Shown here: piece after piece, positions 7,842 to 15,706 of the stretch
How the letters are laid out: the number at the start of each line of letters is the position of its first letter
How positions within the stretch are numbered: the first letter of the stretch is position 1
Source: Candidatus Izemoplasma sp.
GTDB lineage: Bacteria; Bacillota_I; Bacilli_A; Izemoplasmatales; Izemoplasmataceae
Length of the DNA stretch: 64,000 nt
Assembly (NCBI GenBank): GCA_021736205.1
Contig: JAIPGF010000003.1
Coordinates: 7,772-71,771 of the forward strand
Direction: 5' to 3'
Position numbers and translations under genes: made by a program
Notes under the pieces: model-generated
The model's input: the letters and a program-made list of their open reading frames with translations, nothing else
What the model was told of the DNA's origin: nothing
Databases searched by the model: none

Positions 7842-8393
7842 ATGATGAAAAATTCACAAATAAAAGAAAATATAACTATATTTGGATCAGCTATTTTAAT
7901 CGCAATATTGATCATATATATTCTTTTTCAATTGTTTATGCCTAAACTTACTATAAAAGTCTTTGGTGCTAAGCCCTATAACGTTATTACTGAAAGTATG
8001 GAACCTGTATTAGATGTAAATGATATCGTTGTTGTGAAACGCTTTAAAATAGATAACGCAGAAGAAGGCGATATTATAACTTTTAATGCAGATATTAATT
8101 ATGATGGCACAAAAGAAATTGTAACCCATTATATTTATTCTATAACTGGAACTGATGAAAATAGAGTTATTAGGACGAATAGACATTATGACAACATGAA
8201 CAATGCCGTTCCTGACACATGGTTCCTTAATGAGGACGATGTAATTGGTACTTACTGGTTTCATATTCCAAAATTAGGTTATGTTAGTGAGTTTTTAAAA
8301 AGTCCTTTTGGTATTGCTGCAATGATAGTCAATATAGGCGTTATTGTTGGTGTCGTATATCTAATTAAACAAGGGAATGAAGTTAAGGAATAG
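7842..8393 (+). CDS. sipW: signal peptidase I, SipW / ER-archaeal type (paralogue 1)
   Basis: The ORF-track start at 7785 lies inside the terminator. ATGATG at 7842 follows AGGAGG. Motifs match B. subtilis SipW: VITESMEP (nucleophile Ser), GDIITF, VTHYIY (His), GTYWFHIPKLGYV, and a C-terminal TM. Confidence 0.8.
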   Translation: MMKNSQIKENITIFGSAILIAILIIYILFQLFMPKLTIKVFGAKPYNVITESMEPVLDVNDIVVVKRFKIDNAEEGDIITFNADINYDGTKEIVTHYIYSITGTDENRVIRTNRHYDNMNNAVPDTWFLNEDDVIGTYWFHIPKLGYVSEFLKSPFGIAAMIVNIGVIVGVVYLIKQGNEVKE

Positions 8394-8402
8394 GTTTTTA
8401 AA

Positions 8403-8981
8403 ATGTCTAAAAATAAAAATAATATCAAGCAAAAACTTAAATTATTATACTTAAAAATAAAAAAGACCAAAACTACCCATTTTATATTTTTAGGTATTTT
8501 AGTACTCTCAGTCGTAAATATTTCTATTATGAGCTTATTTTTTTATGATAACGATTATAATTATAAAATAATGAACATATCTTATATAAGCGCCATCACA
8601 CCTGAACAAGATGTGAATGAAACATTGTATACCAACGTTATTAAAATCAAGGAATTCAACTTAAATAACGCAACTATTGGTGATTTAGTCATAATCTATG
8701 ATGATTTTAGTACCAATGAATACTGGGTAGAGAAAATCATCGATATAAATGAAACAACCAAAGAAATAACAGTCACTTATGATGAAGTTTCAAACAACAA
8801 CATTTCTTATAACAATATATATGGAACATACATTAAGAAAGCAAATATCTTTGGAACAATTTATCACACAGCTATGTTTACTAGAGGATATATCTTACTT
8901 GTGTTTAGTCACATTTTTATTCTAGCGGCTTATTATACTTATTTTATCCTCCATGTAAAGGAACCAAAAAAGCGAATTTGA
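8403..8981 (+). CDS. SipW-fold paralogue lacking the catalytic residues (predicted pseudo-peptidase)
   Basis: It has the same architecture as its neighbours: N-terminal TM, GDLVIIYDD, IYGTYIKKANIFGTIY, C-terminal TM. SAITPE replaces S(D/E)SMEP, and EYWVEKII replaces VTHY. Confidence 0.6.
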   Translation: MSKNKNNIKQKLKLLYLKIKKTKTTHFIFLGILVLSVVNISIMSLFFYDNDYNYKIMNISYISAITPEQDVNETLYTNVIKIKEFNLNNATIGDLVIIYDDFSTNEYWVEKIIDINETTKEITVTYDEVSNNNISYNNIYGTYIKKANIFGTIYHTAMFTRGYILLVFSHIFILAAYYTYFILHVKEPKKRI

Positions 8982-8990
8982 GGTGTCTAG

Positions 8991-9557
8991 ATGAAAAAAC
9001 ACATTGGTAAGTTCTTCATATATTTAATTTACACACTATTAATTAGTTATATTGTCATTACAGTGTTTTTTCCAAATAAAAGTACAGATATATTAGGCTT
9101 TCGTACATTCGTTGTTATATCAGATAGCATGGAGCCTAAAATAAATGTGTATGATATGGTTGTTATTAAAAAGGTCGATAAAGAAGACATACAAGTATCT
9201 GATATCATTACGTTTAAAGTCTATATTCCAGAAGTTGATTCAAAAAGTTATGTAACGCACTATGTTGACGAAATAATTATTAATTCTGAGAATGAGACAA
9301 TCTACAAAACACAGGGTGAATCGACTGCCGAAAATCCTGATGTTTGGACTGATGCAGATGGCAATGTTATAGATATCAGCTACAATGATGTCGAAGGAGT
9401 TTATCTTTTTAAGATTCCTAAAATTGGTCGGTTAATATATCTGTTAAGGGATCCTATCTTTGTCGGATTACTAATAGTAAATGGTTTCGTCATTTACTTT
9501 GTGTACAAATATATTAAAAAGTTACTATTTGATGCTAAAAATGAGAAAAAGGACTAG
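8991..9557 (+). CDS. sipW: signal peptidase I, SipW / ER-archaeal type (paralogue 3)
   Basis: RBS GAGGTG. Motifs are VVISDSMEP, SDIITF, YVTHYVDE, KTQGEST, GVYLFKIPKIGRL and a C-terminal TM. Confidence 0.8.
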   Translation: MKKHIGKFFIYLIYTLLISYIVITVFFPNKSTDILGFRTFVVISDSMEPKINVYDMVVIKKVDKEDIQVSDIITFKVYIPEVDSKSYVTHYVDEIIINSENETIYKTQGESTAENPDVWTDADGNVIDISYNDVEGVYLFKIPKIGRLIYLLRDPIFVGLLIVNGFVIYFVYKYIKKLLFDAKNEKKD

Positions 9558-9579
9558 ATTTTAAAATCTAGTCCTTTTA
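9550..9579. terminator. bidirectional terminator between the convergent peptidase and paralogue-D genes
   Basis: Perfect palindrome AGGACTAGATTTT / AAAATCTAGTCCT (9550-9575). It is flanked by A-rich sequence on the left and TTTTAA on the right, and it overlaps the TAG stop at 9555-9557. Confidence 0.7.
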
Positions 9580-9626
9580 ATATAAAGAAATAATATATAT
9601 TTAGAGAATACTCTTAAAGAATTAGG

Positions 9627-10133
9627 TTAATTTGCATAAAATGATACATTAAACATCAGTTGTCCACCAGCCAGTTGTTGGTACAACTCGTGGGTGCTTG
9701 GCTCGTTCATGGAAATACTTAATGAAACAATCACACGGATTGCTGATTCTTTACCCTCAAAAAGATGCTCTGAATAATCTAATGATTCTACTGTTTCTAT
9801 GTCGATATGGAAATTGAAAATAGCTTCAAGATTAGCTTCTGTTACAGTTGAATTAGAAAATACTAAATCAATTATTTCAGCATCCAACACCAAACCATCT
9901 TTAACAATCAGTTCATATTCATACTGTATAGTATGTACATCATTCACTGTACGAACTTGATTAGAAGGGATCAACGTGCTCTTGCTATCACTAATTAATG
10001 TTTCATTGATAATGTAGCTATCAGATGTTTCATTGATATAAACATTATCATCTTTTACAACACTTGCATAAATAGATGTTGTTGTTGAAAAAATTAAAAA
10101 AATCAAAACTAGACTTTTTAAGATGTTTTTCAT
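9627..10133 (-). CDS. secreted protein, paralogue D of the fibre-subunit family
   Basis: The ORF-track start at 10160 is unlikely. The ATG at 10133 (MKNILKSLVLIF...) follows AGGAG (10142-10146). LIPSNQVRTVNDVHTIQYEYELIV and EPSTHELYQQLAGGQLMFNVSFYAN parallel LVPEGYIISVQDVEEVQLEYEVSV and ITGKTITFTLNFELEV of paralogue A. Confidence 0.7.
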   Translation of the reverse strand: MKNILKSLVLIFLIFSTTTSIYASVVKDDNVYINETSDSYIINETLISDSKSTLIPSNQVRTVNDVHTIQYEYELIVKDGLVLDAEIIDLVFSNSTVTEANLEAIFNFHIDIETVESLDYSEHLFEGKESAIRVIVSLSISMNEPSTHELYQQLAGGQLMFNVSFYAN

Positions 10134-10160
10134 CTTAACCACTCCTATGGGGGTTAACAT

Positions 10161-10245
10161 CAGGTAACTGGCTATCTCGGTGAGATCCTTCTCAGTGAGA
10201 CCCTATAGCTTTCCGTCACAAGATTGCTCCTGCTTTGGCTTTATC
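10161..10245 (-). promoter_or_regulatory. c-di-GMP-I (GEMM-I) riboswitch-like aptamer, copy 2
   Basis: The minus strand reads GCCAAA-GCAGGA-GCAA-TCTTGT-GACGGAAAGCTATAGGGTCTCAC..GAGATAGCCAGTTACC. That is a GNRA (GCAA) tetraloop hairpin, a GACG.AAAGC core, a long P3-like hairpin and a 3-prime AGCCAGTTACC. The element order matches the Vc2 c-di-GMP-I aptamer as I remember it. Confidence 0.7.
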
Positions 10246-10297
10246 AAATATCAACACCATAGAAATGAAATCTCTATAGTTTTGATTTGATACTTTA

Positions 10298-10325
10298 ATT
10301 ATACTACATCTATGGTATTTGTCAA
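10298..10325 (-). promoter_or_regulatory. consensus sigma-A promoter (TTGACA-16-TATAAT) for riboswitch copy 2
   Basis: On the minus strand, TTGACA is at 10325-10320, followed by a 16-nt spacer and TATAAT at 10303-10298. Confidence 0.6.
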
Positions 10326-10364
10326 ACAAACAACGGTAATGACTTTTAAATAATCTTTTGGTTT

Positions 10365-11603
10365 CTATCTAATTATATCCAAAAAGACATCTACAATAGC
10401 CGGATCAAATTGTTTTCCACGATTATCAATTAATTCTTGAATTGTTTTTTCTTCAGATAATGCTTTTCGATAAATACGATCATTAGACATTGCATCATAC
10501 GCATCTACAACAGCTAAAATTCTAGATAATAATGGAGTTTCTTCCCCTTTTAGTTCTTTTGGATACCCTGTCCCATCCCACCGTTCATGGTGTGTTAATA
10601 TATAATAAGAAATAGCTTCTAATTGGGGCACACCGCTTGCGATTTTATATCCAATAATAGGATGCTGTTTCATTTTATTATATTCTACTTTAGTCAGTTT
10701 TCCAGGCTTTTTTAAAATACTATCATCAATACCAATTTTACCTATATCATGTAAGATAGCAAATAATTTTAAATCATTGATGTCATTTGTTTTTAAATCT
10801 AATTTATACCCTAATTGTGCGCAAAGTTTTTCCATTCGTGATGCGTGTTGCTCAGTTTCATCACTACGCTCAAACAAGGATGTTTTTAAAGATTTAACAA
10901 GTGAACTACTCGCACTTTTAACTAATAACAATTTATTTTTAAGCATACTATCTTCAGCATATGACAGCGTAGAATAAATATTTTTAGAATCAGACGTCGT
11001 ACTAAATCCCATAGCTACAGTCAGTTCTATATCTTTGAATATATTATAATCTAAATTTTTTCTAATTTTTTCAATCATATTTTCGATATGTTTTTTCTTA
11101 GTATGATAAAAAATGACACAAAACTCATCGCCGCCAACGCGCGCAATGAAAGTCTCATCAGATAAGCTATCTTTTAAGATTTCTGCATAACTTGAAAGTA
11201 GTTTGTCCCCATATTCTGAGGAATAAAACTCATTTATTAATTTTAACCCATTAATATCAGTAATAAGAATAGATGCTTCAATCTCCTGTGAATAAATACG
11301 GTTTAATTCTTGATCAAAACTACTTCTATTATGTACCCCTGTAAGTAAATCAAAGTTTTCTAACTGCACTATATTATCTTCAGCTTTTTTTATAAGAGAA
11401 ACTTCTCTTTTTACCAAATAATAGATAATCAAAGCAGAAATCACGATAAAAAATAACCCTTTTATTGTTGATGTATATCTATATTGATAAACATCATCGA
11501 TCACAACCAATAAGATATAATCTGATAAAAAAATCCAAGATGCGCTAAATAATAGGTAAATGATTGAAACTCTAAAGGCAGATGTAATATTTTTATTTTC
11601 CAT
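10365..11603 (-). CDS. membrane-anchored GGDEF diguanylate cyclase fused to an HD-GYP phosphodiesterase domain
   Basis: It has N-terminal TM helices and a literal GGDEF (ARVGGDEFCVIF). HD-GYP signatures are HDIGKIGI and HHERWDGTGYP. The ORF track starts at a GTG at 11612; the first ATG is at 11603. Confidence 0.9.
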   Translation of the reverse strand: MENKNITSAFRVSIIYLLFSASWIFLSDYILLVVIDDVYQYRYTSTIKGLFFIVISALIIYYLVKREVSLIKKAEDNIVQLENFDLLTGVHNRSSFDQELNRIYSQEIEASILITDINGLKLINEFYSSEYGDKLLSSYAEILKDSLSDETFIARVGGDEFCVIFYHTKKKHIENMIEKIRKNLDYNIFKDIELTVAMGFSTTSDSKNIYSTLSYAEDSMLKNKLLLVKSASSSLVKSLKTSLFERSDETEQHASRMEKLCAQLGYKLDLKTNDINDLKLFAILHDIGKIGIDDSILKKPGKLTKVEYNKMKQHPIIGYKIASGVPQLEAISYYILTHHERWDGTGYPKELKGEETPLLSRILAVVDAYDAMSNDRIYRKALSEEKTIQELIDNRGKQFDPAIVDVFLDIIR

Positions 11604-11960
11604 ATAAATCACTTAAGGGGTTTTAGATAACTACTACTCCCTTAACCTCCTATATATAATTATATCATTTAAATCACATATAAAAAGCAATATAAGTTTA
11701 CAGAAAACTTTTTTTATTGTTTTCTTTGTTAAATAAAAACAATACAGGTTGTTTAAAATCTGTATACTCTCTTATCGATGTAATTTTTATACTCATCTAT
11801 GAAATTTATAACTTTTTTTGATATATCTCTTATTTCTTATTATTTTTCCGAAAATACCATCATTAAGACAATTATATAATTAACTACAAATCATATAGAA
11901 AAAAATCCCAGAAACACCTACAACTTTTAGTAGATATGTTTTCTAGGATATGAATTTTAC

Positions 11961-12036
11961 TGGTGGAGAATACTGGGCTCGAACCAGTGACCCCTTGCTT
12001 GTAAGGCAAGTGCTCTCCCAACTGAGCTAATCCTCC
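11961..12036 (-). tRNA. tRNA-Val (anticodon TAC)
   Basis: The minus strand reads GGAGGATTAGCTCAGTTGGGAGAGCACTTGCCTTACAAGCAAGGGGTCACTGGTTCGAGCCCAGTATTCTCCACCA. It folds as a cloverleaf, the anticodon loop is CTTACAA, and the CCA end is encoded. Confidence 0.95.
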
Positions 12037-12089
12037 AGACCATACATATCTTATCAAAAAAGATGTGAAAAGTCTATCAAATTCTTATT

Positions 12090-13073
12090 TTATCTTTTAA
12101 TAATTTGAATGTAATCTAAAACTGTTACACTTGGCGATTCTTCCATTGGGACATGCCCTAATGATGAATAGATATAAATATGACTACTAGGAATGTCACA
12201 GGTCTCCTTAAACAAAGAAACTGTATCTATTGGAATCCAACTATCTTGTTTTCCCCACATAAGAAAAATAGGCATCGATAATGATTCTAAACGTTCTACA
12301 TACGTAAAGGATGGTTCAGGTTCTCGTTGGATGGTCATAATTGCTTTTCTAGTCCCGCTTTTTCTTAATAAATTATAATAACGGTCTAATGTTTCATCCT
12401 TCAGACGATTAGGATTACCATATGCACTTTCTAAAGCTTTTCTTACTAAAAATTTAGGGGTTAATTTACTGAGAGGATTGGCTACAATATTATATTGTGT
12501 AATTTTAGACAATCCTTCTCTTCTTGTCTCTTCAACTTCGCGATTTGGATATACAGCATCAATCAAAGTAAGGGTATTGATACGACTAGGATGCTCACTC
12601 GCTAAAAACCAAGCAACAGCTCCCCCAAGCGAGTTACCAGCAAGATGAAATTCTGTAACTTCTAGATGATTTAACAATGCAATAATTGTTTCAGAACTTC
12701 GTCTATAACTTGTAATATTGTCATTGAATTTACTAGATAACCCATAATAAGGTAAATCAGGTATCACAACCCTATACCCCTCTTCAACAAGTTTCTCAGC
12801 CCATACAGAAAAGGTATGTGATGAGGAAAATGTCCCATGTATAAGAACGACAACTGGATCAGTTGTTTCTCCTAAATCTTGATAATGTAATTGTATTGAA
12901 AGAGGTTCATCATTTAAATCACTAATTGTCAAATCAATGTAGTTTGAATGTTTTGTAAAATATAATGCTTCTAGCTTACTTGTAGGAATATCAAACCTCA
13001 CAAAAACAACTAAGAAAACAGAAAACAAAATTATTAATACAACTAATAACTTTTTAATTATTGTTTTAAGCAT
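12090..13073 (-). CDS. alpha/beta-fold hydrolase with an N-terminal membrane anchor
   Basis: It has HGTFSS (oxyanion region), the nucleophile elbow GNSLGG and a C-terminal SLGHVP. The ORF track begins at a GTG at 13082, and an ATG at 13073 lies behind GAGGTG. Confidence 0.8.
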   Translation of the reverse strand: MLKTIIKKLLVVLIILFSVFLVVFVRFDIPTSKLEALYFTKHSNYIDLTISDLNDEPLSIQLHYQDLGETTDPVVVLIHGTFSSSHTFSVWAEKLVEEGYRVVIPDLPYYGLSSKFNDNITSYRRSSETIIALLNHLEVTEFHLAGNSLGGAVAWFLASEHPSRINTLTLIDAVYPNREVEETRREGLSKITQYNIVANPLSKLTPKFLVRKALESAYGNPNRLKDETLDRYYNLLRKSGTRKAIMTIQREPEPSFTYVERLESLSMPIFLMWGKQDSWIPIDTVSLFKETCDIPSSHIYIYSSLGHVPMEESPSVTVLDYIQIIKR

Positions 13074-13108
13074 AACCTCCACCTCTACCTTAATAATACA
13101 AAGAAAAA

Positions 13109-13137
13109 TTAAAAAAACAAGTCATAAAGACTTGTTT
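13109..13137 (-). terminator. terminator after tRNA-Glu
   Basis: Stem AAACAAGTC (13115-13123) / GACTTGTTT (13129-13137). On the minus strand it is followed by a T-run (plus-strand A-run 13111-13117). Confidence 0.65.
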
Positions 13138-13149
13138 TAGGTTATAATC

Positions 13150-13225
13150 TGGTGACCCGTACGGGGTTCGAACCCATAAGTGCATGCGTGAAAGGCATGT
13201 GAGTTAACCATTTCTCCAACGGGCC
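13150..13225 (-). tRNA. tRNA-Glu (anticodon TTC)
   Basis: The minus strand reads GGCCCGTTGGAGAAATGGTTAACTCACATGCCTTTCACGCATGCACTTATGGGTTCGAACCCCGTACGGGTCACCA, with anticodon loop CTTTCAC. Confidence 0.95.
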
Positions 13226-13277
13226 AGATTTGACTGCTTTTTAATTATAACAAAATTATTTTTAATTTGTCAACCAA

Positions 13278-13308
13278 TAAAAAAAACGGACAAAAAATTG
13301 TCCGTTTT
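13278..13308 (-). terminator. terminator after tRNA-Ser
   Basis: Stem ACGGACA (13286-13292) / TGTCCGT (13299-13305). It has T-runs on both strands. Confidence 0.6.
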
Positions 13309-13318
13309 AAATTTAAAC

Positions 13319-13409
13319 TGGCGGAGTAGGAGAGATTTGAACTCTCGCGCCGCGTAAACGACCTATACCCTTAGCAGGGGCACCTCTTAAGCCACTTGAG
13401 TACTACTCC
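13319..13409 (-). tRNA. tRNA-Ser (anticodon GCT), long variable arm
   Basis: The minus strand reads GGAGTAGTACTCAAGTGGCTTAAGAGGTGCCCCTGCTAAGGGTATAGGTCGTTTACGCGGCGCGAGAGTTCAAATCTCTCCTACTCCGCCA, with anticodon loop CTGCTAA. Confidence 0.95.
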
Positions 13410-13479
13410 ATAAGTTAGCCCTTATATAATATAATATTTTGAGCTAACTGTCAATGCTATTAAGCTATTAATTCAATAA

Positions 13480-15678
13480 TTATTGAGGTACATTTTCTCT
13501 AATCATCGTTAGTTGGAGGCGATGTCTTTTTAAGTCAATATCTTTTACCCAAACAATAACAATTTGGCCAACAGAAACAACATCTAGAGGATGTTTTACA
13601 AATCCTTTTTGGAGTTGTGAAATATGCACAAGTCCATCGTCTTTTACACCCACATCAACAAATGCACCAAAATCAACAACATTACGTACCGTTCCTTTTA
13701 ATTCCATACCTACTTTTAAATCATTCAGTTTTAATACGTCATTGCGTAAGATAGGTTTAGGAACATCATCACGAGGATCTCTTAGTGGTGCTACAAAAGA
13801 CTGGATAATATCATCTATTGTATGTTCACCCGCATCTAATTTAAGCGATAATGTTTTAGAGCTTATGTCCCTTAATTTAAGTTTAAGAATGGGATCTCCT
13901 ATATCTTGTGCTTCAAGATTTAATTCGTCCATCACGCGTTTAGCTAACTCATAACTTTCAGGGTGAATTTCAGTTTTATCAAAAGGATTGTCACTATCAA
14001 TAACACGCAAAAATCCAATGGCTTGTTGGTATGACTTATCTCCTAGGTAAGGAACTTCTTTTAATTCTTCACGACTTTTAAATTCACCATTTTTTTCACG
14101 ATATTCGACAATATTCTTAGCTTGTCTTGAATCAAGACCTGCCACGTATTTCAGTAACTGTTCACTAGCTGTATTGACATTAACACCTACACGGTTAACA
14201 GCGGTCTCAACAACAAAATCTAGTGAATCACTTAAATTTGTTTGATTAACATCATGCTGGTATTGCCCAACACCAATACTTTTTGGATCGATTTTTACAA
14301 GTTCACTTAGTGGATCTTGTAATCTTCTAGCAATACTGACAGCGCTACGTTCTTCAACTTCTAATTTAGGAAATTCTAGTTTAGCAAGCTCACTTGCACT
14401 GTAAACAGAAGCGCCTGCTTCATTAACAATTAAATAATAAATTTGTTTTTTCATTTCTTTTTCAACAAATTTTATGACATTTATCATGAATCGTTCAGTT
14501 TCTCGTGAAGCAGTCCCATTCCCGATAGCCACGATATCAACATCATACTTCTTAATCATGTTTGCTACTTTGAAGCCAGCTTTATTACGACGTTCTTGTG
14601 ACACTTTTTCACCTTTGTGTTTTTGATGTGGATATATAACATCTTTGTTTAGAAATTTACCCATTTCATCTACAACGGCAAGTTTACATCCTGTTCTAAA
14701 GGCAGGATCGACACCTAAGACCATTTTCCCCTTCATTGGAGGTTGTAATAACAGACTTCTTAAGTTTTCACTAAAGATGTGTATCGCATTATCATCTGCA
14801 CGTTCTGATAAATTACTTCGTAATTCACGTTCAATAGATGGTGCTATTAGTCTTTTATACGCATCTTGTATAGCTTCTTTAACATAATCAACAACAATTG
14901 AATCATTATTCTTAATATATTGTCGTTCTAAATAATTAAAAAATGCCTCTGTATCAATGTCAACTTTGACTGTAATTATTTTTTCTTTTTCTGCCCGATT
15001 AATAGCTAAAGCACGATACAACTTTACGCGCTTTAATGGTTCTTCATAATCGTAATACATCTTGTATGTATTGCGAGGATCATCTGCTTTTTTCTTTTTC
15101 TTAGTAATGAGTTGTGCATTGTTGTATGTATAGCGTCTAATCCATTTACGATAATCACTATTATCACTAATTTCTTCAGCAACAATAAACAATGCCCCTT
15201 CAATTGCTTTTTCAACACTTGGAACATCTTCTGTAATGAATTCTGTCGCTTTCTCTTTAAGGTCGCCTTCTTCTGGGAAGGTAACAATATAGTCTTTTAG
15301 TGGTTCTAATCCTTGTTTGATTGCTTCGGTTGCTTTTGTTTTTTTCTTTTCTTTGAATGGACGGTATAAGTCTTCAACATCAACCAATTTTTTTGCAGCA
15401 AGAATTTCTTGTTTTAATTCCTCTGTTAACATACCTTTTTCATCAATTAATCTAATAACATCTTCTTTACGATCTAGTAAGTTAACTTTATATTCATATT
15501 CTTTATTGATATCTCTAATTTGTTCTTCATCTAAAGCACCGGTTTGTTCTTTACGATAACGTGCAATAAATGGTACTGTATTCCCCTCGTCTAAAAGATT
15601 TAAAACAGTTCTAACTTGCTTGTTAGTGATATCAAGTTTGTTCGTTATTTCTAATACTAATTCATTATTAATTTCCAT
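13480..15678 (-). CDS. tex: Tex-family transcription accessory protein (YqgF/HHH/S1 domains)
   Basis: 732 aa. The N-terminus VPFIARYRKEQTG and the C-terminal S1 domain GMELKGTVRNVVDFGAFVDVG are typical of Tex. Confidence 0.9.
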   Translation of the reverse strand: MEINNELVLEITNKLDITNKQVRTVLNLLDEGNTVPFIARYRKEQTGALDEEQIRDINKEYEYKVNLLDRKEDVIRLIDEKGMLTEELKQEILAAKKLVDVEDLYRPFKEKKKTKATEAIKQGLEPLKDYIVTFPEEGDLKEKATEFITEDVPSVEKAIEGALFIVAEEISDNSDYRKWIRRYTYNNAQLITKKKKKADDPRNTYKMYYDYEEPLKRVKLYRALAINRAEKEKIITVKVDIDTEAFFNYLERQYIKNNDSIVVDYVKEAIQDAYKRLIAPSIERELRSNLSERADDNAIHIFSENLRSLLLQPPMKGKMVLGVDPAFRTGCKLAVVDEMGKFLNKDVIYPHQKHKGEKVSQERRNKAGFKVANMIKKYDVDIVAIGNGTASRETERFMINVIKFVEKEMKKQIYYLIVNEAGASVYSASELAKLEFPKLEVEERSAVSIARRLQDPLSELVKIDPKSIGVGQYQHDVNQTNLSDSLDFVVETAVNRVGVNVNTASEQLLKYVAGLDSRQAKNIVEYREKNGEFKSREELKEVPYLGDKSYQQAIGFLRVIDSDNPFDKTEIHPESYELAKRVMDELNLEAQDIGDPILKLKLRDISSKTLSLKLDAGEHTIDDIIQSFVAPLRDPRDDVPKPILRNDVLKLNDLKVGMELKGTVRNVVDFGAFVDVGVKDDGLVHISQLQKGFVKHPLDVVSVGQIVIVWVKDIDLKRHRLQLTMIRENVPQ

Positions 15679-15706
15679 ATTAACTCCTCCAATACATGAG
15701 TAATGG

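Noticed and set aside
8010-8470. Two minus-strand ORFs (8010-8264, 8279-8470) opposite the signal peptidase genes
   Set aside because: They are shadow ORFs in AT-rich coding DNA. They have no start context and fully overlap motif-supported plus-strand genes.
10134-10160. N-terminal extension MLTPIGVVK of the paralogue-D ORF
   Set aside because: The extension contains the AGGAG RBS for the ATG at 10133 and directly abuts the riboswitch-like element, immediately 3-prime of its conserved CCAGTTACC strand.
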